Positions 28,415 to 36,993 of a DNA stretch of 64,000 bases are shown here, piece after piece. The translations under genes and the position numbers were made by a program. The notes under the pieces are model-generated. The model did no database searches and was not told the DNA's origin. It worked only from the letters and a program-made list of their open reading frames with translations. Numbering within the stretch: the stretch's first letter is position 1; the number at the start of each line of letters is the position of its first letter. Source of the stretch: a virus; the IMG/VR virus record IMGVR_UViG_3300035701_000008, positions 1 through 64,000 of that record, one strand, 5' to 3'.

Positions 28415-30118
28415 ATGAATACAATTTGTTCAGCCAACCCATGTCCAATAATATTAAGTTCTTCCTGCGTATTCTACGAAGGACCTAACTTAGTATGTAC
28501 TGGTATTATTACTAATGAGACTCTCAGTTCTGTAATACAAAAACTTAGCACTGCTATATGTGCAATTAGTGTAGGTAGTGGAATATTACAAGTTACTGCC
28601 ACATCCCCTATCACATCAAGTGGTGGAAAATCTCCAAACATATCTACATCAATGTCTACTAATAAGTTAATTGGTAGAGCAACAACTGGTGTTGGAATAA
28701 TGGAAGAAATCTCTCTTGGTACAGGATTATCATTTACTGGATCAACATTAAATGTTTACCCAATTCCTTTTGAGTATAACATTAATGGATCAGGTATTCA
28801 ACCAGCATTAGGTGGTAATATTGCAAGTGGTGGTTATAGTGGAATAGGTGGTGGTTATCAAAACACTGCTTCTTGTGATAATTCAAATATTGGAGGAGGT
28901 AGATACAACACTGCTTCTTGTTATTTTGCTACTATTAGTGGTGGAGATGATAACATTTCTTCTGGTGATTGTTCTACAATAGGAGGTGGTAGTTTTAATA
29001 TTGCTTCAAATAGATCATCAACTGTAAGTGGAGGATATTGTAATGTTACAAATGGTGTTGGTTCTTCAATTGCAGGAGGTCTTTATAATAGTTCTGCTTC
29101 ATGTAGTTCAAGTATTGGAGGAGGATATAAAAATACAATTGGTTGTGGTTTTGCAAATGTTATAGGTGGAGGATATAGTAATTGTTCATCTGATGCTGCT
29201 TCAACAGTTGGTGGTGGTTATGGTAATAATTCTTCAGGTTATATGTCAACTATAGCTGGTGGTAAATGTAATATAGCAGGAGCTTCGTTATCATCAATTG
29301 GTGGTGGAGTTTGTAATCTTACAATTGGTGATTGTTCGATAATAGGAGGAGGTTTTTGTAATTTTACTAATAATATTGGTTCTACAGTTGGTGGTGGTTC
29401 TTACAATTGTTCTACTGGTAAAACATCAACAATTGGTGGAGGAGAATTCAATAATGCCAATGCTTCTCGTACAACTATCGGTGGGGGTAATAACAATACT
29501 GCTTGTGGTCTTGATTCATCAGTATTAGGTGGAAGGTTTAATACTGCAAGTGGTTCTTCATCAACAGTAGGTGGTGGTAAATATAATAATGCTTCAGCTT
29601 CTGCATCAACTATAGCTGGAGGATGTTGTAATATTGCAAATAGTGGTTGTTCGACAATAGGAGGAGGTATCTCAAACAGTGCTTTGAATATTTATGCATC
29701 AGTATTTGGTGGACATAACAACAGTGCATCTGGAAACTATTCTTTTGTAGGAGGTGGTTATAGTAATATTTCTTCTAATAGTTCTTCTGTAGTAAGTGGT
29801 GGTCGTTTTAATCAAGCAAGTGGTTGTTATAGTTCAATAGGTGGTGGTGGTGGTAACCTTGCTTCTCTTCGTGGTTCAACAGTTGCAGGGGGATATTATA
29901 ATTATGCTACTGGTTTAATGTCAGGTATTTTAGGGGGTAAATATAATAATATTAATGGTTATGACTATTCAATGATTGTAGGATCTAATTTGACTGCTGA
30001 TAGAGCTTGCACAACTTTTGTAAACAATCTCTCAATTAAAAACATTCCAACTAGTTCAGTAGGTCTTCCTCCTGGTTCTATTTGGAGAAGTGGTAGTGCA
30101 GTGTGCATTGTACCATAA
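28415..30118 (+). CDS. Fibre protein with ~14-aa S(T/S)IGGGxxN beta-roll repeats (567 aa)
   Basis: More than 20 tandem IGGG..N.A repeats (YadA/Hep-Hag-like beta-roll), an SPITSSGG..PNIS shaft motif, and Cys-rich composition. Confidence 0.7.
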   Translation: MNTICSANPCPIILSSSCVFYEGPNLVCTGIITNETLSSVIQKLSTAICAISVGSGILQVTATSPITSSGGKSPNISTSMSTNKLIGRATTGVGIMEEISLGTGLSFTGSTLNVYPIPFEYNINGSGIQPALGGNIASGGYSGIGGGYQNTASCDNSNIGGGRYNTASCYFATISGGDDNISSGDCSTIGGGSFNIASNRSSTVSGGYCNVTNGVGSSIAGGLYNSSASCSSSIGGGYKNTIGCGFANVIGGGYSNCSSDAASTVGGGYGNNSSGYMSTIAGGKCNIAGASLSSIGGGVCNLTIGDCSIIGGGFCNFTNNIGSTVGGGSYNCSTGKTSTIGGGEFNNANASRTTIGGGNNNTACGLDSSVLGGRFNTASGSSSTVGGGKYNNASASASTIAGGCCNIANSGCSTIGGGISNSALNIYASVFGGHNNSASGNYSFVGGGYSNISSNSSSVVSGGRFNQASGCYSSIGGGGGNLASLRGSTVAGGYYNYATGLMSGILGGKYNNINGYDYSMIVGSNLTADRACTTFVNNLSIKNIPTSSVGLPPGSIWRSGSAVCIVP

Positions 30119-30157
30119 TAATAATTTTTTTCTTTAACTTCAATAAATATTTATAAA

Positions 30158-30484
30158 ATGGAAAATTTCACAATTCATATCTTTGGATATGGAGAAACCC
30201 AAATCAATTCAAAAGAGTTATCAGTAAAGGTGAAGACAGATTCTTTAACCACTGTAACTCCTTTAGTAGAGGTAATCTTTGCTAAGAAACCTGTAGATAA
30301 CCCAGCTGTTATCTCTCCTTTTCATGCAATCAATATCTTTGGATATAAAGATGTGAGATGGATAAACAAAAATGGATTTAGTGTAAAAGATGAAGAAGCT
30401 TTGAAACCTCTTATTGATGCTTTGATTGCTGAATTACAAATTGCTAAAGACACAACCACTACCACAACCACTGTGCTAGTATAG
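30158..30484 (+). CDS. Hypothetical protein with C-terminal poly-Thr tail
   Basis: 108-aa ORF ending KDTTTTTTTVLV. Confidence 0.65.
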   Translation: MENFTIHIFGYGETQINSKELSVKVKTDSLTTVTPLVEVIFAKKPVDNPAVISPFHAINIFGYKDVRWINKNGFSVKDEEALKPLIDALIAELQIAKDTTTTTTTVLV

Positions 30485-30503
30485 TCTTTTTGAATTTATC
30501 AAG

Positions 30504-30542
30504 AAAAGGATAAGATGTATTATTAATCTTATCCTTTTTTTT
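30504..30542 (+). terminator. Rho-independent terminator-like hairpin
   Basis: 13-bp stem AAAAGGATAAGAT/ATCTTATCCTTTT followed by a T-run. Confidence 0.65.
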
Positions 30543-30545
30543 ATT

Positions 30546-30553
30546 TATCTTTG
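30546..30553 (+). promoter_or_regulatory. Bacteroidota -7 element (TATCTTTG) driving the sulfation cassette
   Basis: TAnnTTTG immediately after the terminator and 19 nt before ATG 30573. Confidence 0.6.
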
Positions 30554-30572
30554 TCCGTAAAATCAATTAATT

Positions 30573-31394
30573 ATGAAGAAAAGAATCTTTTTTAACTCCT
30601 CTCTTCCAAGGGCAGGATCCACTCTTTTGCAAAACATAATTGCAGATAACCCAGATTTCTATTGCACACCTACATCAGGATTTCTAGATCTTTTGTTAGG
30701 AGCTAAAGGAAACTATAACAACTCTTCAGAGTTTAAAGCACAAGATGCTGAATTAATGAAACAGGGATTCATTGGCTTTTGTCACAATGGTATGCATGGT
30801 TATTTCAATGCTATTACAGACAAACCTTATGTATTAGATAAGAATAGAGGTTGGGGAATTCATTTACCGTTTGCTAGTGAGTTTATGTTAGCTCCTAAGG
30901 TGGTATGTATGATTAGAGATGTACGTGCTGTTTATGCTTCTATGGAAAAGAACTTTAGAAAAAATCCTACAGAAGCAAACCACATTCAAAATCCTAATCA
31001 ATTAGTAGGCACCACTCTTCAAAAAAGAATTAACCTATGGGCTGATGGACCACCAGTTGGTATATCTATGGATAGATTAAAAGATGCATTTGATCAAGGA
31101 TTGGATAAAAGAATATTATTTATCCGATATGAAGACTTAATGGATTTTCCTGAACAAGAACTTAGAAGATTCTATGAGTATATGGAAGTTCCATATTACG
31201 AAGGTCATTCATTTGAAACTGTTACACAGCATACACATGAGAATGATGCTATACATGGTATATATGGAGATCATAAACTAAGACCTAAGTTTGAAAGAAA
31301 GCCTGATGACTTTGAAGAAGTATTAGGATATGAAATTTGTCAATCAATTAAAAACACATATCCATGGTTCTTTAAGAAATTTGGATACGTATAA
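30573..31394 (+). CDS. PAPS-dependent sulfotransferase
   Basis: 5'-PSB loop SSLPRAGSTLL, followed by DKNRGW, MIRDVRAVYAS (3'-PB) and IRYEDL motifs. Confidence 0.85.
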   Translation: MKKRIFFNSSLPRAGSTLLQNIIADNPDFYCTPTSGFLDLLLGAKGNYNNSSEFKAQDAELMKQGFIGFCHNGMHGYFNAITDKPYVLDKNRGWGIHLPFASEFMLAPKVVCMIRDVRAVYASMEKNFRKNPTEANHIQNPNQLVGTTLQKRINLWADGPPVGISMDRLKDAFDQGLDKRILFIRYEDLMDFPEQELRRFYEYMEVPYYEGHSFETVTQHTHENDAIHGIYGDHKLRPKFERKPDDFEEVLGYEICQSIKNTYPWFFKKFGYV

Positions 31395-31404
31395 ATCAAC
31401 AAAC

Positions 31405-32274
31405 ATGAATATAATATTTGATATATCAGGAGGCTTAGGTAAGAACATTCTTTCTACAGCTGTATTAAAAGCTATTAGAACTCAACATCCTAAAGCAAAC
31501 ATAATTGTTCTTACATCTTATACAGATGTATTTATTGGTAATCCTAATGTAAACAAAGTGATACAACATGGAACTACATCAGGGATATATAAAGATTACA
31601 TAATGGATAAAGACACAAAGGTGTTTATTACAGATCCTTATACAACATCTGATTATCTAACTGAATCAAAACATTTGATTGAGATATGGTGTAATCTTTT
31701 TGGTATTGCTTACAATGGTGAAATGCCTGAGTTATTTATATCTAAAACAGAAGTGGAATACTTTGCCCCATTCTATCAATTAGATAAACCTATCATGGCT
31801 ATACAACCTAATGGTGGTCCACAAGATCAACCATTGAAATATAGTTGGGTGAGAGATATTCCTTCACCTGTAATTAATGATGTTATTCAACATTACAAGA
31901 AAGATTATACAATTGTACACATCAAACGTGAGGATCAAATTATGTATGCTGATACAATGGCTGCTCTTGATTCATTCAGAAGTATAGCTGTTCTATTATC
32001 TCTAGCACAAAGAAGACTTCTTATTGATTCATCTGCTATGCATATTGCTACAGCTCTACAATTACCAAGTCTTGTATGTTGGATAGGAACAAGCTCAAAG
32101 GTGTTTGGTTATGATTTACATGCTAACCTACAAGCTAATGATCCAGACAAAGAACTAAACTTTGATCACCCATACTTACAGAAGCTTCCATTATTTGAAG
32201 ACATTTCTAAATGTCCATACACAGAACTAGGAAGTATATTTAATAGTGAAGACATAATTAAAGCGTTGAAATAA
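31405..32274 (+). CDS. Glycosyltransferase, GT-B fold (GT9/heptosyltransferase-like)
   Basis: GGLGKNIL N-terminal loop and LLIDSSAMHIATAL...CWIG motif. The likely start is ATG 31405 rather than 31330. Confidence 0.75.
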   Translation: MNIIFDISGGLGKNILSTAVLKAIRTQHPKANIIVLTSYTDVFIGNPNVNKVIQHGTTSGIYKDYIMDKDTKVFITDPYTTSDYLTESKHLIEIWCNLFGIAYNGEMPELFISKTEVEYFAPFYQLDKPIMAIQPNGGPQDQPLKYSWVRDIPSPVINDVIQHYKKDYTIVHIKREDQIMYADTMAALDSFRSIAVLLSLAQRRLLIDSSAMHIATALQLPSLVCWIGTSSKVFGYDLHANLQANDPDKELNFDHPYLQKLPLFEDISKCPYTELGSIFNSEDIIKALK

Positions 32275-32714
32275 TGGCAGTATATTGGTTTACAGGACAG
32301 CCTTCACATGGTAAGACAGTGTTGGCTAAATTATTGAAAGAAGAATTAGAAAAATCTGATAAAGTTTTTCATATAGATGGAGATGACTTACGTGCACTTA
32401 CATTAAACTTAGACTTCTCTGAACAGGGAAGAATAGATAATGTTAAAGGTGCACAGAAGATAGCACACTATTTATATAATCAAAACTACACAGTGGTAGT
32501 TTCTGTTATTGCTCCATACAGATGGCAGAGAGAAGAACTAAAAAGAATGCTTGGTGCTGATCTTGTAGAAATATATGTTCATACAACAGAACCAAGAGAA
32601 AGAGATCATTTTAGTGTATTTAATTATGAACCTCCATTAGAGAAATTCATTGATATAGACACTACAGAAGATACACCACAAGAATCAATTGATAAAATTT
32701 TAAATCTAATATAA
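32274..32714 (+). CDS. cysC: Adenylyl-sulfate (APS) kinase
   Basis: WFTGQPSHGKT P-loop, HIDGDDLR, DFSEQGRIDNV, IAPY and YEPP motifs. Confidence 0.85.
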   Translation: MAVYWFTGQPSHGKTVLAKLLKEELEKSDKVFHIDGDDLRALTLNLDFSEQGRIDNVKGAQKIAHYLYNQNYTVVVSVIAPYRWQREELKRMLGADLVEIYVHTTEPRERDHFSVFNYEPPLEKFIDIDTTEDTPQESIDKILNLI

Positions 32715-33115
32715 TGAAATGGAATAAGAAAGTGCATGTACAGTCTTCCATGCAACCAAAAGGATCACAATATGCTATGTTTGTAGGAAGATGGCAACCT
32801 TTACATAAAGGACATCAAGAACTATTTGAACAAGCTTTAGATGATGGTAAGAATGTTTTGATTTGTATCAGAGATGTAAAACCTGATGCAAAGAATCCTT
32901 TCACAGCTAATCAGGTAAAGGATAACATTGAGAATCATTATGCTTTATTTGTAGACAACAATATAGTGAAGGTGATTATCATTCCAGACATATGCTCAAT
33001 TGAGTTTGGTAGAGGTGTTGGTTATGATATTATAGAACATATTCCTCCTACAGAGATAGCAGATATATCTGCTACAAAGATTAGAGAGCAAATGCGTAAA
33101 GATGGAAAGTTATGA
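32714..33115 (+). CDS. HxGH-family nucleotidyltransferase (cytidyltransferase-like; candidate sulfate adenylyltransferase)
   Basis: FVGRWQPLHKGH and ISATKIRE motifs. It is coupled to cysC. Confidence 0.75.
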   Translation: MKWNKKVHVQSSMQPKGSQYAMFVGRWQPLHKGHQELFEQALDDGKNVLICIRDVKPDAKNPFTANQVKDNIENHYALFVDNNIVKVIIIPDICSIEFGRGVGYDIIEHIPPTEIADISATKIREQMRKDGKL

Positions 33116-33345
33116 GTTTAGTACAAATTAGATATAATACATTGTGTGATGATAATCATACATTCTGGAGAATCTTAATTGATAATGTTGAGCATACATG
33201 TGCTAATGTAGTGATCAATGTTCCAACACATACAACAAGAGATGATGTATGGGATAATGGAAGACAAGCTATGGTGAACAAACATCATTTAACATGTAAC
33301 CCAAACACAGTCACTTGGAAAGGTGATGTAGTAATACTTGAATAA
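33112..33345 (+). CDS. Hypothetical protein
   Basis: 77-aa ORF overlapping both neighbours. Confidence 0.6.
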   Translation: MSLVQIRYNTLCDDNHTFWRILIDNVEHTCANVVINVPTHTTRDDVWDNGRQAMVNKHHLTCNPNTVTWKGDVVILE

Positions 33346-33553
33346 TATGGTAGTAGATAAAAAAAGACACATAGCAAAAACAATAAGCTATAGACTCTTA
33401 AGTACATTAATTGGCTTTACAATCATGTTACTTATAACAGGTTCTGTTAAGGTGGGTGCAGCATTTGGTGTGGCTGAACTAATATATAAACCTGTACAAT
33501 ACTACATACACGAAAGAGTGTGGTATAGATGGGTTAAGTATGGATTAAAATAG
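33338..33553 (+). CDS. DUF2061-like small membrane protein
   Basis: RHIAKTISYR...YYIHERVW signature and two hydrophobic helices. Confidence 0.75.
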   Translation: MNNMVVDKKRHIAKTISYRLLSTLIGFTIMLLITGSVKVGAAFGVAELIYKPVQYYIHERVWYRWVKYGLK

Positions 33554-33619
33554 TTTTAGGTTATGCTATATTATGAAGATTATCTCATGTAGTCATTTCA
33601 TTATATGGAAATTAAGATT

Positions 33620-33627
33620 TATATTTG
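33620..33627 (+). promoter_or_regulatory. Bacteroidota -7 element (TATATTTG) upstream of the lysis cassette
   Basis: TAnnTTTG in the intergenic gap. Confidence 0.45.
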
Positions 33628-33720
33628 TTGTGTATAAATTGGTATAATGATTGCATCATTTACAATTATCTCTTTAAATTGTATATATGTTATAACAACA
33701 CCCAAACATTATTCTCCCTT

Positions 33721-34041
33721 ATGGAAAACGCATTTGAACAACAAGTAGAAAAAGAATTAAAAAACATGGATCAAAGACTACATGATCTAGAGGAGAAGAT
33801 GACTTCTATAGATGGAAAGCTAACGCAAGTTGTAGATGCTATATTAGGTAATGCACTAACAAAAACAGGGGGATTTGTTGCTGACTTAACTGAGCTGAAG
33901 GCTAAGATAAAAGATTTAGAAGATAAGATACAGAAGCAAGAAGAGTTCAAGAAGAGATTCACTTGGACCATAGGTATCATCATTGCAGTGGGAGCAATCA
34001 TACAATATATATCTGTTGTATATAAAAATGTAAAAGGATAA
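33721..34041 (+). CDS. Coiled-coil protein with C-terminal TM helix (holin/antiholin-like)
   Basis: Likely start ATG 33721. Heptad-rich body with a TM helix FTWTIGIIIAVGAIIQYISVV. First gene of the lysis cluster. Confidence 0.55.
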   Translation: MENAFEQQVEKELKNMDQRLHDLEEKMTSIDGKLTQVVDAILGNALTKTGGFVADLTELKAKIKDLEDKIQKQEEFKKRFTWTIGIIIAVGAIIQYISVVYKNVKG

Positions 34042-34048
34042 AATAAAA

Positions 34049-34222
34049 ATGAAAAGCTGGAAAACAACATTAATGGGTTTAATATTAGCTGCTATGATAG
34101 CTGTACAACCATTAACTTCGGATGAGGTAAATCTAGAAAAAGATTGGCCTAAATTTGTTTTAGCTATTGCTATTGCAATATTTGGATATTTCTCTAAAGA
34201 TCATGATGTAACAGGAAAGTAA
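34049..34222 (+). CDS. Putative holin (57 aa, two TM helices; not in ORF track)
   Basis: Translates as MKSWKTTLMGLILAAMIAVQPLTSDEVNLEKDWPKFVLAIAIAIFGYFSKDHDVTGK and abuts the next ATG. Confidence 0.65.
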   Translation: MKSWKTTLMGLILAAMIAVQPLTSDEVNLEKDWPKFVLAIAIAIFGYFSKDHDVTGK

Positions 34223-34537
34223 ATGATAAAATATTTAAAAGATCAGTACTTAGCGGTGATCATCACCGTTATTTTTATATTCTTTACACTAAACAATCAA
34301 AATAAGAATGATATTCTTATAGAGAAAACTAAAAAGTTAGAGAGTGATATATTAGTCCTTGAAGAGAAAGCTAAAGAGTCTACTACAATTATAGATAGCT
34401 TATCAAAGATAGATACAGTTATAGTTAATAGAATCAAAACCATAAAACAAAAAGAATATGTACAAATTAGGATTATTGATAGTTTGCCTACTAATAAGCT
34501 CCAAAGCTACTTCACAGATAGATACAAAGAAGAATGA
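34223..34537 (+). CDS. Putative inner-membrane spanin
   Basis: N-terminal TM helix plus coiled coil, overlapped at its 3' end by the next gene, in a lysis context. Confidence 0.55.
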   Translation: MIKYLKDQYLAVIITVIFIFFTLNNQNKNDILIEKTKKLESDILVLEEKAKESTTIIDSLSKIDTVIVNRIKTIKQKEYVQIRIIDSLPTNKLQSYFTDRYKEE

Positions 34538-34934
34538 TTCTATTATCAAACTAAATGATAAAGTTGCTAGAAAAGTGATCACTGATCTTGTACGTTATGA
34601 TTTTGCTAAAGAGATTATCAAAGAACAAGAAGCAAGAATCAAAAACTTTGAGAAGAAGGAAATTGAATTTAAAAATCAAATAGATATAAAAGACTCTATT
34701 ATATTTTATCAAAAGAGCATCATTGATATCCATAAAGATATTATTAAAACTAAGAAGCCTTTAGAGATACATGGATATGTTGGTGTTCAATCAACACAGC
34801 TTACATTAAAAGAACCTACATTATATACAAACCTAATGATTGAGTTTACTAAGTTTAATGTAGGAGCTCAATATTTTATACAACCAAATAACCTACCAGG
34901 TTATAGTGTTATTCTAGAATATAATATATTTTAA
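34458..34934 (+). CDS. Putative outer-membrane spanin partner with signal peptide, coiled coil and C-terminal beta-strands
   Basis: Signal peptide MYKLGLLIVCLLISSKATS, an 80-nt overlap with the i-spanin candidate, and a C-terminus YSVILEYNIF. Confidence 0.5.
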   Translation: MYKLGLLIVCLLISSKATSQIDTKKNDSIIKLNDKVARKVITDLVRYDFAKEIIKEQEARIKNFEKKEIEFKNQIDIKDSIIFYQKSIIDIHKDIIKTKKPLEIHGYVGVQSTQLTLKEPTLYTNLMIEFTKFNVGAQYFIQPNNLPGYSVILEYNIF

Positions 34935-34945
34935 ACCAAACAATA

Positions 34946-35374
34946 ATGGTAACAAGTGCACAGTGCTTAAAGAAGTGGGGTGATCCTGCTATTACAACAA
35001 ACGAATTAAAATACATGACAGTTTGGGATGTACCAGCTCACTTAGAGATAGGTGTTATTCCAAAAAAACTATATTGTAACAAACAGATTGTTGCACCATT
35101 AATCAAAGCATTCACTAACCTAATAGATAGAAAATTAGTCAATGAACTAAAGACTTGGGATGGATGCTTCAATGTAAGAAAAAAAAGAGGATTGACAAGT
35201 ATGTCTTTACATTCTTGGGGAATAGCAATTGATGTTAATGCAGCATGGAATGGTTTACATAAAACTCCACAACTATCTGCAGGGTTTGTAAAATGTTTTA
35301 CAGATGCAGGATTTGATTGGGGAGGAACCTGGACTAGAAAAGATGGTATGCATTTCCAATTAAAAACTATATAA
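34946..35374 (+). CDS. Endolysin, peptidase M15 family
   Basis: SLHSWGIAIDVN (SxHxxGxAxD), DWGGTW and DGMHFQ motifs. Confidence 0.88.
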   Translation: MVTSAQCLKKWGDPAITTNELKYMTVWDVPAHLEIGVIPKKLYCNKQIVAPLIKAFTNLIDRKLVNELKTWDGCFNVRKKRGLTSMSLHSWGIAIDVNAAWNGLHKTPQLSAGFVKCFTDAGFDWGGTWTRKDGMHFQLKTI

Positions 35375-35376
35375 TA

Positions 35377-35511
35377 ATGGCAAAACCAACCAACGCAGTA
35401 GAGAAAAGAGTTAAGATTAAAGTGAGCAGACCAGGTGTGCACGCTAAATCTAAAACATCTAAACTTAAATCTTCTAAGAAATACAAGAAGATTTATAATG
35501 GACAAGGATAA
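35377..35511 (+). CDS. Small basic protein (44 aa; not in ORF track)
   Basis: MAKPTNAVEKRVKIKVSRPGVHAKSKTSKLKSSKKYKKIYNGQG, with TAATG coupling to the next gene. Confidence 0.6.
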   Translation: MAKPTNAVEKRVKIKVSRPGVHAKSKTSKLKSSKKYKKIYNGQG

Positions 35512-35813
35512 TGGAAGTAATATATCAAGGAAATGTAGCTTTAGATGGAAGCACCAGAATAATATGTAACATTGGTACATTAGTAATTAATACAATTATT
35601 ATTAATAATCCTATTTCTAATTATGTATTTACACTTAATAGATACATGACTTCTTCTGGTATTTCACAAGTTTTATTATATACTTTTGAATTGAATGCAG
35701 AAGAAACTTTAAGAGATACACAAACTTATACATTAAACTTAAATAACTTCATAGAGCTATTATCTGATGTTCCTGGAACTACATTTTATATAAGTGCTAC
35801 AGAAATACAATGA
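35511..35813 (+). CDS. Hypothetical beta-rich structural protein
   Basis: 100-aa ORF coupled to both neighbours. Confidence 0.55.
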   Translation: MEVIYQGNVALDGSTRIICNIGTLVINTIIINNPISNYVFTLNRYMTSSGISQVLLYTFELNAEETLRDTQTYTLNLNNFIELLSDVPGTTFYISATEIQ

Positions 35814-36742
35814 TACAAGTATTAGATAAAGATGGGAATACTTCCACCGATGATGGTGGAGTTCTTATATATGATAAGTTTGGACATATAAAAAGAGTTA
35901 CTAGTGGAGGAAGTCCTACAGGACCTGCTGGTGGTGATCTTTCCGGAACCTATCCTAATCCAAATGTTGTATGGGCTAATGGACAACCAACATATGATCT
36001 TGTTTATTATCCTATACCTACAGGAACTATCAGTGATTATATAAGAGGAGATGGTTCCATAGCTGCATTTCCCACTATACCTTCAGGAACAGTTACATCA
36101 GTTGCTGCTCTTACATTAGGAACTACAGGAACAGATTTATCATCATCTGTAGCAACAGGAACAACAACTCCTGTAATAACATTAAATGTTCCAACAGCAT
36201 CAGCCACAAATAGAGGAGCATTAAGTGCTGCAGATTGGACTACGTTTAATAACAAACAAAATGCTTTAGGATATACACCTGTTAGGTTTATTATTAAAGA
36301 CCAAACTCAATATTCTACAGTAACAGGAACAGGAGAAACTTTACAAGGAACTTATTTTATAGCAGCAAATACTTTTTCTTCTAATGATGCAATAAAAATT
36401 ATTCCATTTTTAGCTGAAAAAACAGGAATATTAGGAACATGCACAATGAGAGTAAGAGTGGGATCTTCATCAGCATTTCTTAGTTCAAGTGTAATAGCAA
36501 CATATACTACAGGTATAACTGAACTATGGTGTATTATGCAACGATTAGGATTTACTTTAAGAGGTGGAAATATTAGAGGTATGCTATTTTCTTTATCAAG
36601 ACAATCAGATGTAATAGCCACTGCTGGTGCTATAAGTGTAGGTACTTTTAATCCTGCTGTTAATAATTGGTTTTTCACGTCATTACAGTTATCTGTTGGA
36701 ACAGACTCAATATTTCAATCTAATTTTGTAATGACAAACTAA
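35810..36742 (+). CDS. Putative fibre/decoration protein
   Basis: Fibre-shaft motifs GPAGGDLSGTYPNP, GTVTSVA and FNNKQNALGYTP. Thr/Ser-rich. Confidence 0.6.
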   Translation: MIQVLDKDGNTSTDDGGVLIYDKFGHIKRVTSGGSPTGPAGGDLSGTYPNPNVVWANGQPTYDLVYYPIPTGTISDYIRGDGSIAAFPTIPSGTVTSVAALTLGTTGTDLSSSVATGTTTPVITLNVPTASATNRGALSAADWTTFNNKQNALGYTPVRFIIKDQTQYSTVTGTGETLQGTYFIAANTFSSNDAIKIIPFLAEKTGILGTCTMRVRVGSSSAFLSSSVIATYTTGITELWCIMQRLGFTLRGGNIRGMLFSLSRQSDVIATAGAISVGTFNPAVNNWFFTSLQLSVGTDSIFQSNFVMTN

Positions 36743-36909
36743 TGAAAACAGTAATAGACAAAGAGACAGGAAAAGTTTTATATTGTTTTTTTAACAATAT
36801 GGAAATTGCTGAAAATGAAATAATTATTGAAGCTATACCATTTGGTAATTATTATAATTTTCAAACAAAAGAATTTTATACAGTAATTGAAGAAGTTATT
36901 GAAGAATAA
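36742..36909 (+). CDS. Small acidic protein, possible fibre chaperone (55 aa; not in ORF track)
   Basis: MKTVIDKETGKVLYCFF...YYNFQTKEFYTVIEEVIEE, with TAATG coupling to the fibre gene. Confidence 0.55.
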   Translation: MKTVIDKETGKVLYCFFNNMEIAENEIIIEAIPFGNYYNFQTKEFYTVIEEVIEE

Positions 36910-36993
36910 CTTTTTTACTTATAAAACTTAATATACTAAATAACCAAGTAACAAATAATTATTATATTTTTGTTATTTTAAACATTAAATACA

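Noticed and set aside
28800-29960. CRISPR array or DNA-level tandem repeat in the GGTGGT-rich tracts (also 37150-37830 and 42120-42470)
   Set aside because: These are protein-level repeats (IGGG..N and GXY) with variable codons and no constant repeat-spacer structure.
31330-33720. Extended starts at 31330 and 33625
   Set aside because: They overlap the upstream gene or promoter. Motif position and A-rich leaders favour ATG 31405 and ATG 33721.
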